Virus record (IMG/VR): IMGVR_UViG_3300003888_000071
Span: 1-40,246 of that record
DNA length: 40,246 nt
Source of the DNA: a virus
Lineage: Duplodnaviria; Caudoviricetes
Direction: 5' to 3' (one strand)
The translations under genes and the position numbers were made by a program. Shown here one piece after another: positions 17,872-27,309 of this stretch (within the stretch, counting starts at the first letter, position 1; every line of letters begins with the position of its first letter). The notes under the pieces are model-generated. The model had not been told where the DNA came from and did not search any database. It worked only from the letters and a program-made list of their open reading frames with translations.

Positions 17872-19044
17872 ATGCGCAACGCGACCCACTCCCCGATAAC
17901 GCACGCCACGGCCGCCCTGGCCGTGGCGCTGGCCACGGCTCCAGACGCCGACGCCTCGGCTTTGCCCGATGGCTTTAACGTCCAGCTGTTCCCGGACGGC
18001 CAATTCGACGCCCGCGACGGCCGGCCCGGCCGCATCAAGGACTGCGCGGCCGCGTCCTGGCGGCTCGACGCCGCCATTGCCGCCGCGCTCATCGCCCGGG
18101 CCAACGCCCGGGAAACGCCCCTTTGCATCGACTACGAACACCACACGTTAACCGCCAAGGACGCCGGCCACAAGGCCGTGGCCGCCGGCTGGATCGAGGC
18201 GCTTTGCTATGTGCCCGGCCAGGGGCTTTTTGCGCGCGTGGCCTGGACCGACGCCGCGCGCGGCCACATACGCGCCGACGAATACCGCTATATCTCGCCG
18301 CTTTTCACCTTCGATCTGGCCACCGGGGCCGTCCTGGAATTGGTCAACGCCGCGCTGACCAACAATCCGGGGCTGGACGGGCTGGCCGCCGTGGCCGCCG
18401 CCCGCCAGATCGTCGCAACCGATGCCACTGCCGCGCAAACCCAAACGGAGGCCCTTATGGATGAATTGCTGGAGCGTCTGCGCTGGATGCTCAACCTCCC
18501 GGTGACCGCCGCCGCCGAGGAAATCAGCGCCCAGCTGGACAAGCTCAAGGGGATGATCGGCGGCGCGGACGCGGCCGCCGCGAGCGTGGATTTGCTGGCC
18601 ATCCTGGCCGGCAAGGACGCCGCCCTGGCCGACCTGACCACCAAGCTGGACAAGCCCGATCCTGCCAAGTTCGCGCCGGCCGAGGCCGTGGCCGCGCTCA
18701 CCCAGGAAAACGCCGCCCTCAAGGCATCCCTGGCCGCTGCCCAGGCGCATAACGGCGTTGCCGCCCTGGCCGCCGAGATCAAGGCCGCCGTGGCCGACGG
18801 GCGCGTGCACAAATCCCTGGAAGGCTGGCTGGCCGAGCTGGCAGCCCAGGCCCCGGACACTGCCCGGGCCTATCTGGACAAAGCCGTGCCCGTGGCCGCT
18901 TTGACCGCCATGCAGACCCAGGGCGTTGCGCCGGCCGCTGCCGGCGGCGCCGGCGTGGCGGCCCTGACCGCCGAGGAACGGGAGGCCGCCAAACTGCTGG
19001 ACATCCCCGAAGCAACTTTCGCCCTGTCCAAGGAGACCAAGTAA
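17872..19044 (+). CDS. Mu gpI-like prohead protease/scaffold
   Basis: 'QLFPDGQF..RDGRP', 'IDYEHHT', 'AAGW', 'EYRYISPLF', 'AALTNNP'. Confidence 0.92.
   Translation: MRNATHSPITHATAALAVALATAPDADASALPDGFNVQLFPDGQFDARDGRPGRIKDCAAASWRLDAAIAAALIARANARETPLCIDYEHHTLTAKDAGHKAVAAGWIEALCYVPGQGLFARVAWTDAARGHIRADEYRYISPLFTFDLATGAVLELVNAALTNNPGLDGLAAVAAARQIVATDATAAQTQTEALMDELLERLRWMLNLPVTAAAEEISAQLDKLKGMIGGADAAAASVDLLAILAGKDAALADLTTKLDKPDPAKFAPAEAVAALTQENAALKASLAAAQAHNGVAALAAEIKAAVADGRVHKSLEGWLAELAAQAPDTARAYLDKAVPVAALTAMQTQGVAPAAAGGAGVAALTAEEREAAKLLDIPEATFALSKETK
18457..19044 (+). CDS. Internal in-frame scaffold protein (Mu gpZ-like)
   Basis: GGAGG at 18447-18451 before in-frame ATG 18457 (MDELLERLRWMLNLP); Ala-rich helical region. 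Confidence 0.6.
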   Translation: MDELLERLRWMLNLPVTAAAEEISAQLDKLKGMIGGADAAAASVDLLAILAGKDAALADLTTKLDKPDPAKFAPAEAVAALTQENAALKASLAAAQAHNGVAALAAEIKAAVADGRVHKSLEGWLAELAAQAPDTARAYLDKAVPVAALTAMQTQGVAPAAAGGAGVAALTAEEREAAKLLDIPEATFALSKETK

Positions 19045-19950
19045 ATGGCGATTATCACCCCGGCGCTCGTGAGCGCCCTGTTCACCGGCTACAAGGCCGA
19101 GTTCCAGCGTGTTTTCGGCGAAACGCCGTCGCATTGGGACCGGATAGCCACGCTCATGCCGTCCACGTCCAGGTCCAACACCTACGGCTGGCTGGGACAG
19201 TTCCCCAAGCTGGTCGAGTGGGTGGGGCCGCGCGTGCTCAAAGACATGGCCGCCCACGGCTACAGCATCAGCAACAAACTCTTTGAGTCCACGGTGGGCG
19301 TTGCCCGCACGGACATCGAAGACGACGAAGTCGGCATCTACAAGCCGCTTTTCGGCGAGATGGGCCGGGCGGCCAAGAGCTTCCCGGACGAGCTGGTGTT
19401 CGGCCTGCTGGCCCTGGGCCTGACGTCTTTGTGCTTCGACGGCCAGTATTTCTTCGACACCGACCACCCGGTCTATCCCAACGCGGACGGCACAGGCGCG
19501 GCCGCCACCGTGGCCAACTTCACCGCCGGCGCCGGACTGCCCTGGTATCTGCTGGACACCTCGCGGGTGCTCAAGCCGCTTATTTTCCAGGAACGCACCA
19601 AGCCCGAACTGACCAGCATGACCGACGGCAAGGACGAAGCGGTCTTTATGACCGACGCCTTCCGCTACGGCATCCGCTACCGCTGCAACGCCGGCTTCGG
19701 CTTCTGGCAGACCGCCTATTGCAGCAAAGCTCCGCTCGACGCCGCCAGCTTCGGCGCGGCCTACGCCGCCATGCGCCAGTACAAGGCCGACGGCGGCCGG
19801 CCGCTGGGCATCCGGCCCACCTTGTTGGTCGTGCCGCCTTCGCTGCGGGAACGTGCCTTCGAGGTGGTCAAGTCGGACAAGCTGCCGGAAAGCCAGGCCA
19901 ACAACCCCAACAAAGACCTGGTCGAAATCCTCGACTGCGAATGGCTGTAA
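19045..19950 (+). CDS. Major capsid protein (Mu gpT-like)
   Basis: 'NTYGWLGQFP..EWVG.R', 'FESTVGV.R.DIEDD', 'CFDGQYFFDTDHPV', 'GFGFWQ', 'LGIRPTLLVVPP'. Confidence 0.95.
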   Translation: MAIITPALVSALFTGYKAEFQRVFGETPSHWDRIATLMPSTSRSNTYGWLGQFPKLVEWVGPRVLKDMAAHGYSISNKLFESTVGVARTDIEDDEVGIYKPLFGEMGRAAKSFPDELVFGLLALGLTSLCFDGQYFFDTDHPVYPNADGTGAAATVANFTAGAGLPWYLLDTSRVLKPLIFQERTKPELTSMTDGKDEAVFMTDAFRYGIRYRCNAGFGFWQTAYCSKAPLDAASFGAAYAAMRQYKADGGRPLGIRPTLLVVPPSLRERAFEVVKSDKLPESQANNPNKDLVEILDCEWL

Positions 19951-19961
19951 GGGAGGCCGTC

Positions 19962-20318
19962 ATGAGCGCAATTGACGCCGTGGTGCGTACCCGCAGCCTG
20001 CGCGGCGGGCACTTCCGGGCCGGCTGCAAACACGCCGCCGAGCCCGGCGACTTCCCGGCCGGCACGTTTACCGAAGAGCAGCTGGCCCGGCTGCGGGCCG
20101 ATCCCGACCTGGACGTGGAGGTGCTCGAAGCGCCCCGCAAAGACCCGCCCGCCCCGAAAAAGAAACAGCCGGCCGAAGTCGCCCAGGACAACCCGCCGCC
20201 GGCCGAAACCGACGCTCCGGCCGCTGCGGATGCCACTGCCGCCGGCGAAGCCGAGTTCGCATTCGACGATGCGCCCGAGGCCGCCGCCGAGGCCGAGGCC
20301 AAGGGTCAGGGCCAGTAA
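19962..20318 (+). CDS. FluMu HI1506-like protein
   Basis: GGGAGG RBS; 'FRAG..H....FTEEQLARLRADPDLDV'; acidic Ala-rich tail. Confidence 0.7.
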   Translation: MSAIDAVVRTRSLRGGHFRAGCKHAAEPGDFPAGTFTEEQLARLRADPDLDVEVLEAPRKDPPAPKKKQPAEVAQDNPPPAETDAPAAADATAAGEAEFAFDDAPEAAAEAEAKGQGQ

Positions 20319-20750
20319 ATGTACGCCGCCCTGGCCGACATGACGGCCGCCTTTGGCGAGGACGAGCTGCGCGCCATCACCGACCGGGACGGCCTGGGCG
20401 TGGTGGACGAAACGCTTGTCGTCGACGCGCTGGCCCGGGCCGCTTCGGAAGCGGACAGCTATCTGGCCCGGCGTTACCCCGTGCCCGTGCCCGCGCCCGC
20501 GCCGCCGGTCCTGACCGCCGCCGTGTGCGACATCGCCCGCTACCGTCTGACCGGCGGTCCGGCCAGCGAGACCGAGCCGATCCTGGAGCGCTACCGCCAA
20601 GCCATCAAATGGCTGGAGCGGCTGGCCGCCGGCAAGGCCGATCTGCCTGGGCTCGCGACGCCGGGCCAGGACGGCGGCCTTGGCGGGGTGGCCTTTTCCA
20701 CCGGCCGCCGGGTGTTCGACCGACGGCCGGCCCCGGGAGACGCAGCATGA
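20319..20750 (+). CDS. Head-tail connector (Mu gp36 / DUF1320)
   Basis: 'MYA..ADM...FGEDEL..TDR', 'ASEADSYL..RY', 'CDIARYRL', 'RY..AIKWL'. Confidence 0.88.
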   Translation: MYAALADMTAAFGEDELRAITDRDGLGVVDETLVVDALARAASEADSYLARRYPVPVPAPAPPVLTAAVCDIARYRLTGGPASETEPILERYRQAIKWLERLAAGKADLPGLATPGQDGGLGGVAFSTGRRVFDRRPAPGDAA

Positions 20751-21325
20751 TCGCCGTCATCGAAGAAGCCATCAAGACCCGCCTTGCCGGGGCTGCCCTG
20801 CCGTACAAACCGGAGGTCGCCACCTACGGCGGCGAGTTCGACGAAGGCCTGGATCAGGTGGTGCGCCGCTTTCCGGCCCTGTGGGTGTGCTTTGCCCACG
20901 ACGGGCCGGGCAAGCCCCTGGCCATGCCCAAGCGCGTCTGGCGCTTCCCGGCCACCTTCGTGGTCATCGTGGCCGCGCGCAATCTGCGCTGCGAGGCCGC
21001 CGCCCGCAAAGGCGACGCCGGGCAGGTCGGCGCCTACGCCATGATTAAGGACGTGCGCCGGCTGCTGCTCTACCAGGATTTGGGCCTGGACATTGAGGAA
21101 CTGGCCCCCGGGCGCACGCGCAATCTGGTGGCCGCGCGCCTCAAAGCCAACGCCGCAGCCGCCTACGCCATGGAATGGCACACCAGCTACGACGTGGTGC
21201 TGGGCGAGTCGGGCCTGCCCGAGCCGCTCATGCTGGAGCGGGTGGGCCTCGATTATCATTTGCAGCCCGACGACGGCCTGCCCGACGCCGCCGATCTGGT
21301 CGTCCTCAAAGGAGATGCCCCGTGA
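20747..21325 (+). CDS. Mu gp37-like (DUF1834) tail completion protein
   Basis: 'IEEAIK.RL', 'TYGGEFD', 'PALWV', 'ARNLR.E.AAR.G'; synteny. Confidence 0.8.
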   Translation: MIAVIEEAIKTRLAGAALPYKPEVATYGGEFDEGLDQVVRRFPALWVCFAHDGPGKPLAMPKRVWRFPATFVVIVAARNLRCEAAARKGDAGQVGAYAMIKDVRRLLLYQDLGLDIEELAPGRTRNLVAARLKANAAAAYAMEWHTSYDVVLGESGLPEPLMLERVGLDYHLQPDDGLPDAADLVVLKGDAP

Positions 21326-21567
21326 ATCCCGTGACCATCGTCGTTCAAGCCGCCCCCGGCGTGCGCGTGCCCCAGGAGGGCAGCCCGCGCCGCTACATCA
21401 CCGACGCCGCCCCCGCGACCGTGCCGGACAGCACCTACTACCGCCGCCGCATTGCGGACGGCGACTTGGCGCTGACCGACCCGGTCCCCGAAGTCTCGGC
21501 CGCGCCGGCAATCACGCCCAAGACCGCGCCCGAGGCCGCGTCCCAAAAGGACAAGGAGACGAACTGA
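21322..21567 (+). CDS. Mu gp38-like (DUF2635) protein
   Basis: AAGGAG RBS, GTG start; 'AAPGVRVP.E...YI...VP.STYYRRRIADGDL'. Confidence 0.8.
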   Translation: MNPVTIVVQAAPGVRVPQEGSPRRYITDAAPATVPDSTYYRRRIADGDLALTDPVPEVSAAPAITPKTAPEAASQKDKETN

Positions 21568-22988
21568 TGGCCAGCCAAAACATCAGCTTCGACACCTTGC
21601 CGGCTTCCATCCGCAAGCCCGGCAAGTATTTCGAGTTTAACACCAAGCTGGCGGTGCGCACCCTGCCGGCCAATGCCCAGCGGGTGCTCATCGTGGCCCA
21701 GGGCGCCGCCGGGGCACAGCAGCCCGTGCTGACGCCGGTGGAGGTCTTTTCGGATGAAGAGGCGCGCACGCTGTTTGGCACCGGCTCCCTGGCCCATCTC
21801 ATGGTGCGCGCGGCCATCACCGCCAACCCTTATCTGCGCCTGACCGTCATCACCGTGGCCGACGACGCGGCCGGCATCGCGGCCACGGGCAAAGTGACCC
21901 TGACCGGCACGGCCGCCGGCGTCGGCGTGGTCAACCTGACCATCGGCGCGCAGTTGGTGCAGGTGGCCGCCGCACTGACCGACAGCGCCCAGACCGTGGC
22001 CGCCGCCCTGGCCGAACGGGTCAACGCCAACCGCACCCTGCCGGTGACGGCCGCGGCGGAAGGCGGCGTGCTGACGCTGACCGCCCGCAACAAAGGGGCG
22101 GCCGGCAACGGCGTCAAACTGGCCTGCTCCCTGGCCGTGACCGGGCTGGCCGCCGCCGTTGCGCCCATGGACGGCGGCGCGACCGACCCGGACATTGCCC
22201 CGGCGCTGGCCGCCGTCTTTGCCGACGGCCACAACATCATCGTCGTGCCCTACGCCGGGCAGAGCCAATTAACGGCCCTGCGGTCCCACTTGGACGCCGT
22301 CAGCCACGCCCTGGAACAGCGCGGAGCCATCGGCGTCTATGCCCACACCGGCACCCTGGCCCAGGCCACCACCCTGGCCGGGCTGATTAATTCCGGCCGC
22401 ATCACCTGCGCCGCGCTGCCCGGCACGCCGTCGCCGACCTGGGACGTGGCCGCCGCCTATGCGGCCGTCATCGCCAGCGAGGAAGACCCGGCCCGGCCGC
22501 TCAATACCCTGGCCCTGTCCCCGGTGGCCGTGCCGCCCGTGGCCAAGCGCCTGGGGCGCATGGAGCAGGAGTCGGCCCTGTACAACGGCTGCACGCCCTT
22601 GGAAGTCGGGCCGGGCGAAAAGGTGCAGATTGTGCGGGCCATCACCACCTACACCCTCGATCCGCAGGGCATCGAGGACATTGCGCTGCTTGACCTGACC
22701 ACCATCCGCACCCTGGATTACATCCGCAAGGCCTGCCGCGAGCGCATCAGCCTGCGCTTTCCGCGCGAAAAACTGACCAACCGCACGGCCGCCAAGGTGC
22801 GCAGCGAACTGATCGACGTGCTCTACAAGCTGGAAGAGCTGGAGATCGTGGAAGAGGTCAAGGCCAACCTGCCGGGCCTGCTGGTCGAGCGCGACCTGCA
22901 AGACCCCAACCGGCTTGATGCCAAAATCCCGGCCGATGTGGTCAACGGCCTGCATGTGTTCGCCGGCCGCATCGACCTGCTGCTCTAA
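21567..22988 (+). CDS. Tail sheath protein (Mu gpL-like)
   Basis: 'ISFDTLPASIRKPGKYFEFN', 'DPARPLNTL', 'LLDLTTIRTLDY', 'VVNGLHVFA'. Confidence 0.93.
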   Translation: MASQNISFDTLPASIRKPGKYFEFNTKLAVRTLPANAQRVLIVAQGAAGAQQPVLTPVEVFSDEEARTLFGTGSLAHLMVRAAITANPYLRLTVITVADDAAGIAATGKVTLTGTAAGVGVVNLTIGAQLVQVAAALTDSAQTVAAALAERVNANRTLPVTAAAEGGVLTLTARNKGAAGNGVKLACSLAVTGLAAAVAPMDGGATDPDIAPALAAVFADGHNIIVVPYAGQSQLTALRSHLDAVSHALEQRGAIGVYAHTGTLAQATTLAGLINSGRITCAALPGTPSPTWDVAAAYAAVIASEEDPARPLNTLALSPVAVPPVAKRLGRMEQESALYNGCTPLEVGPGEKVQIVRAITTYTLDPQGIEDIALLDLTTIRTLDYIRKACRERISLRFPREKLTNRTAAKVRSELIDVLYKLEELEIVEEVKANLPGLLVERDLQDPNRLDAKIPADVVNGLHVFAGRIDLLL

Positions 22989-23003
22989 CGGAGGATCATT
23001 GCC

Positions 23004-23378
23004 ATGGCGTTAAAGGAATACCTGGGAGCCATCGTCCTGGAGGTGGACGGCAAGGAATACGAGGTCGTCGATTTTAACGAACAGCACGAAACCGGCCGCA
23101 AGGTGGTCAAGACCATGAACCGCACCGGCCGGGCCATGGGCTACCACCAGGGCGTCAAAACCTGGGAGCTGACCGTCACCGCCGCCGTGCCCAAGGACGA
23201 CGCCCTGGACTGGTCCACGGTGGAAGGGGCCAAACTGACCATCTATCCCGTCACTTCGGGCGGCACGCGGGAAAGTTTCCAAGACTGCGCCGTGGTCAGC
23301 GTTGGCGGCAAATACACCGTGGACAACGAGGCCCGGGTGGACGTCAAGCTGTTGGCCCTGAACAAAGTGGAGGAATAG
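23004..23378 (+). CDS. Tail tube protein
   Basis: GGAGG RBS; 124 aa beta-rich protein directly after sheath. Confidence 0.8.
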   Translation: MALKEYLGAIVLEVDGKEYEVVDFNEQHETGRKVVKTMNRTGRAMGYHQGVKTWELTVTAAVPKDDALDWSTVEGAKLTIYPVTSGGTRESFQDCAVVSVGGKYTVDNEARVDVKLLALNKVEE

Positions 23379-23381
23379 GAA

Positions 23382-23714
23382 ATGCTTACTGTTGCCGGAC
23401 AACTGCGGGTCGGGTTCGTGGACGCCGCCGGCGCGCGCCACGTCGATTTCGAGATGCGCGTGCCCACCATCGAAGACATGGAATGGGCCATCGAAAACGC
23501 CCCGGAAGGGGCCTGTTCGGCGCGCCTGTCGCGCTACGTCTGGTCGCGCGCCCTGACCCGTCTGGGCGAACTGCCGGCCGAGGCCGTCACGCCCGAGCTG
23601 CTGGCCGGGCTGCATTACAGCGACTACTCGCCCCTGGCCGACGCCGAGGACGCCCTGCGGGGAAAGCTCGTGCCCGCGAGCGGCAGCTTCGAGACTTCCG
23701 GCTCCTCGAAGTAG
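23382..23714 (+). CDS. Tail assembly chaperone (G-type)
   Basis: Between tube and tape measure; contains slippery heptamer G GGA AAG. Confidence 0.75.
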   Translation: MLTVAGQLRVGFVDAAGARHVDFEMRVPTIEDMEWAIENAPEGACSARLSRYVWSRALTRLGELPAEAVTPELLAGLHYSDYSPLADAEDALRGKLVPASGSFETSGSSK

Positions 23715-23860
23715 CGCTGGCGGGCAAGGCATTCACGTTGCGCGACATCAAAACCATGACCATGCCGCAGGCGGAATCCTATCTGGCCATCCTGACCGGA
23801 CGCGCGGCGGCGGGCAGCGGCCGGCGCATCATCCCCCGTCGCCGCAAAGGAGCGCTCTAG
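23660..23860 (+). other. Programmed -1 frameshift site and extension (GT-type chaperone)
   Basis: GGGAAAG at 23660-23666; the -1 frame stays open to 23860, abutting the tape measure ATG. Confidence 0.75.
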
Positions 23861-25966
23861 ATGGCCAAGGATACGGTCGTTTCGGTCATCCTGCGCCTGC
23901 GCGACGAGATGGGCGGCCAAGCGGCCAAGTCCCTGGACGCGCTCACCCGGGCGGCCCGGGGGGCTGGCCGGGGAGCCGCCGGCCTGCGGTCCGTCGGGCT
24001 GGAGGCGGCCCGGACGGACAAGCTCATGGTCGGTCTGGGCGAGACCGCCCGCCGGGCAGGCAAGGACGTGACCGACGTCGGTCGGGCGGCCGCCACGGTG
24101 CGCGGCGACGGTCTGGCCGGCGCGGCCAGGGAAGCCGGCAAGCTCGGCAGCCAAACCCGGCAGGCCAAACAGGAAATGGACCAGGCCGGCAAGGCCGGAG
24201 TGCGTCTGCGCGACGCCCTGCGCGGGGTGGGCGATGCCGGCCGCGCGGCCCTGGGCGCGGTCAAGGGCCTGGGTCAGGCCGGAGCGGGCGCGGCTGCCGG
24301 GGCCGGCGTCGCGGCGGCCGCCCTGCGCCAGCCCATTGCCTTTGAAAAGCGTCTGGCCCGCATGGCCAACACCGCCTATGCCGACCGGGACGTGGCCGGC
24401 CGCATCGCCGGCAAAAAGGAATTGGAGGGGGCCGTCAACACGGCCGTGCGCCAGGGCGGCGGCGATCGCGACCAGGCGGCCGAAGCCCTGGACGCCATGC
24501 TGGCCTCGGGCGCCGTCAAAGCCGATTCCGCCAACCGGCTGTTGCCGACGATCCAGAAGTTCGCCACAGCCTCCGGGGCCGGCTCCGGGGAGATCGCCGA
24601 GATCGTCATCCGGGGCGTCCAGCAGAAATTTTTTAGCGAAGGCCAAGCCGGCGAGGCCCTGGACAAGGCCATGGCCGCCGGGCAGGCCGGCGGGTTTGAG
24701 CTCAAAGACATGGCCAAGTGGCTGCCCAAGATGATGGCGCTGGGCAGCGGCATGAAATCCATGGGCGGCTATGAGCAGATTCTGACCTATGCCCAGGCTG
24801 CGGCGATAACCGCCGGCAGCAAGGACGAGGCCGGCAACAATCTGGTCAACCTGCTGCAAAAGCTCAATTCCCAGGACACGCAAAAGGATTTTGCCAAGCT
24901 TGGCATCGACCTGACCGGCACCCTGACCCGGGCGCGGGAAAAGGGAAAGCTGCCCTTGGAAGCCTTTGCGGAACTGGTCGAGAAGCAGGTGGTGGGCAAG
25001 GACAAGCGCTACGCCGGCCTCAAGGCCAAGCTGGGCAAGGCGCAAGGGACCGAGCGCCAGCAAATCCTTTCCGACATGGCCGATCTGGCCAACGCCTCGG
25101 CCGTGGGCAAGGTGGTGCAGGACCGGCAGGCGCTCTTGGCGCTTATCGCGGCCATGAACCAGAAGGACTACATCGCCGACGTCCAGGGCCAGATGCGAAA
25201 CGCCACGGGCACGGGCGACAAAGCCTATCAGGTTTACCAGTCCACCACGGCGTCATCCATGGAACGCGCCACCAATGAAAGCGATATTGCCCGCTCGGGG
25301 ATGTTGGGCGACGTGTCCGGGCCGCTCAAAGCGGCGGCGGATTCGGCTGCCGCGCTGGCCCAGCGGTTCCCCACCCTGGCCACGGTGGCCGCCGAGGCCA
25401 CCACGGCCATCGGCGTCATGGGCGCGGCGGCGGCCGCCTTCGGAGCCATGCGCCTTTTCACCGGCGGCGCCGGCGGGGCTGCGGCCGCTGCCGGACGCGG
25501 CGGGCTGCTTGGCCTGTTCGGCGGCAAAGGCGGCGCCCTGGCCACGGCCGGTCTGGCCGCCTGGGACATCTACGCCACGGAAAGCGACGACGCCCTGACC
25601 CGCGCCCAGAAAAACACCCGCCACGCCGAAAACGCCGGCGGGCTGGCCGGGGCCATTGCCGGCATGAAGCTGGGGGCCATGGGCGGCGCGGCTTTTGGTT
25701 CCGTGCTGCCGGGGCTGGGCACGGCCGTCGGAAGCATCGCGGGCGGTCTGGTCGGCGGGGCCGTGGGTTGGTGGGGCGGCAGCGGCCTTGGCCGCATGGC
25801 CGGGGAAAACGTGTGGGGGCCGTCAGGCCGGGTCATGGCCGACGCCCAAAAGATCGTGGTCGAGGACAAGAGCACCTTGCACGTGGAATCGGTGCTGCAC
25901 GTTGACGGCCGCGAAATGGCCCGGGTCGTGAACGTTCACAACACGGCCCAAGCCAAACGGGAGTAG
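23861..25966 (+). CDS. Tail tape measure protein
   Basis: 701 aa, Ala/Gly-rich; 'AGQAGGFELKDMAKWLP', 'DEAGNNLVNLLQK'; synteny. Confidence 0.88.
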   Translation: MAKDTVVSVILRLRDEMGGQAAKSLDALTRAARGAGRGAAGLRSVGLEAARTDKLMVGLGETARRAGKDVTDVGRAAATVRGDGLAGAAREAGKLGSQTRQAKQEMDQAGKAGVRLRDALRGVGDAGRAALGAVKGLGQAGAGAAAGAGVAAAALRQPIAFEKRLARMANTAYADRDVAGRIAGKKELEGAVNTAVRQGGGDRDQAAEALDAMLASGAVKADSANRLLPTIQKFATASGAGSGEIAEIVIRGVQQKFFSEGQAGEALDKAMAAGQAGGFELKDMAKWLPKMMALGSGMKSMGGYEQILTYAQAAAITAGSKDEAGNNLVNLLQKLNSQDTQKDFAKLGIDLTGTLTRAREKGKLPLEAFAELVEKQVVGKDKRYAGLKAKLGKAQGTERQQILSDMADLANASAVGKVVQDRQALLALIAAMNQKDYIADVQGQMRNATGTGDKAYQVYQSTTASSMERATNESDIARSGMLGDVSGPLKAAADSAAALAQRFPTLATVAAEATTAIGVMGAAAAAFGAMRLFTGGAGGAAAAAGRGGLLGLFGGKGGALATAGLAAWDIYATESDDALTRAQKNTRHAENAGGLAGAIAGMKLGAMGGAAFGSVLPGLGTAVGSIAGGLVGGAVGWWGGSGLGRMAGENVWGPSGRVMADAQKIVVEDKSTLHVESVLHVDGREMARVVNVHNTAQAKRE

Positions 25967-25968
25967 CT

Positions 25969-27309
25969 ATGGCCTGGCGCAACAGATTGCTGCCGGCGTC
26001 CTTTCGCGGCCGGGCGTTTCACGTCATCAGCAGCCGCGACGACGTCGAGCGGGCGATAGTCCAGCACGAATACCCCTACCGCGACGGCGCGGAGATCGAG
26101 GACATGGGCCGGCGGCCGCGCAAGGTCACGTTCCGGGCGGTCTTTTGGGGCGACGACTACGAACAGGCCGTTACGGAATTGATTGCCGAGCTGGACAAGT
26201 CCGGCAAGGGCGAGCTGATCCATCCCGTGTTCGGTTCGCTGCCCATGGTTTGCCCCAGCTACCGGGTGGACCACCATGAGGACGCCCCGGATTATGCCGA
26301 AATGGAGATCACCTTCATGGAGGCCTGCCCGGACATCCCGTTTTTTGCAGAGCTGGGCACGGCGGCCCTGGCTTCCGAGCTCAAAACCTCCCTGGCCGCC
26401 TCGGGTCTTGCCGCCTTGCGCGGCTGGCTGCATTGGGTGGCCTCGCTGCCGGCCCGGATCAGCGCCTACGTCCGGGGCCAGATCCTGGGCACGATCCGCA
26501 CGGTCACGTCCCTGGCCCGGGAGCTGGCCGGCCTGCCGCTGACCGTGGCCGCCGACATCCTGGCCGTTCCCCGGGCGCTTATTGCCGAGGCGACGTCCGT
26601 GGCCAACGCCGTTGTCAGTCTGGCCGGCCTGCCGGGCGAGTTCGGCCGGTTCGCCAGTCTGGCCGCCATTTCCGACAAGCTGCCGCGCCTGTCCCAGGCG
26701 CAGGCCGGCCGGTCTTCGGCCTATCGCCTGACCCCGGCCCTCTATGCCGGCGGCGTGGTTTCCGGTCCCCTGACCGGCGCGGCCGAGCCCCGGCCCAGCG
26801 TGACCCTGCCGGCGACCGGCGCCACGACGGCGGCGGACGCGCCGGACCTGACCACTTTGACCGGGCAGGCCCGGGCCATGGCGGCGGCCGTGTGCAATCT
26901 GATCCGCGCCACGGCCGTGGCCGCCTCCGTCGGCGAGGCGTTGACCGCCGAAGCCGCCGCGCCAAGCCTCACCCCGGCCGAAGTGGAGACCATTGTGGGC
27001 GCAACCCGCCAGCGTTTTCAAGACTGCATCGACGAGCACCGGCTGATCCTGCCCACCCATTTGGCCTATCTGGTCATCGAAAGCCTGCGCACGGCCGCCC
27101 TGGTCATCCAGGAGCTGGGGGCCACGGTCATTCACCTGCATCCGCCGCTGGTCACCCACACCGCCCCGAGCCTGTGCAATCTGCGTCTGCTGGCCCACTG
27201 GCTCTACGGCGACCACACCCGGGCCGACGAACTGGCCCGGCTCAATCCCGGGCTGCACAACCCCAATTTCGTGGCCCAGGGACAGGTGCTCTATGGCTTC
27301 GCCAGTTGA
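25969..27309 (+). CDS. DNA circulation protein (Mu gpN-like)
   Basis: 'W...LLPASFRG..F', 'HEYPYRDG..IEDMG', 'GELIHPVFG', 'LYGD..RADEL.RLNP'. Confidence 0.9.
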   Translation: MAWRNRLLPASFRGRAFHVISSRDDVERAIVQHEYPYRDGAEIEDMGRRPRKVTFRAVFWGDDYEQAVTELIAELDKSGKGELIHPVFGSLPMVCPSYRVDHHEDAPDYAEMEITFMEACPDIPFFAELGTAALASELKTSLAASGLAALRGWLHWVASLPARISAYVRGQILGTIRTVTSLARELAGLPLTVAADILAVPRALIAEATSVANAVVSLAGLPGEFGRFASLAAISDKLPRLSQAQAGRSSAYRLTPALYAGGVVSGPLTGAAEPRPSVTLPATGATTAADAPDLTTLTGQARAMAAAVCNLIRATAVAASVGEALTAEAAAPSLTPAEVETIVGATRQRFQDCIDEHRLILPTHLAYLVIESLRTAALVIQELGATVIHLHPPLVTHTAPSLCNLRLLAHWLYGDHTRADELARLNPGLHNPNFVAQGQVLYGFAS

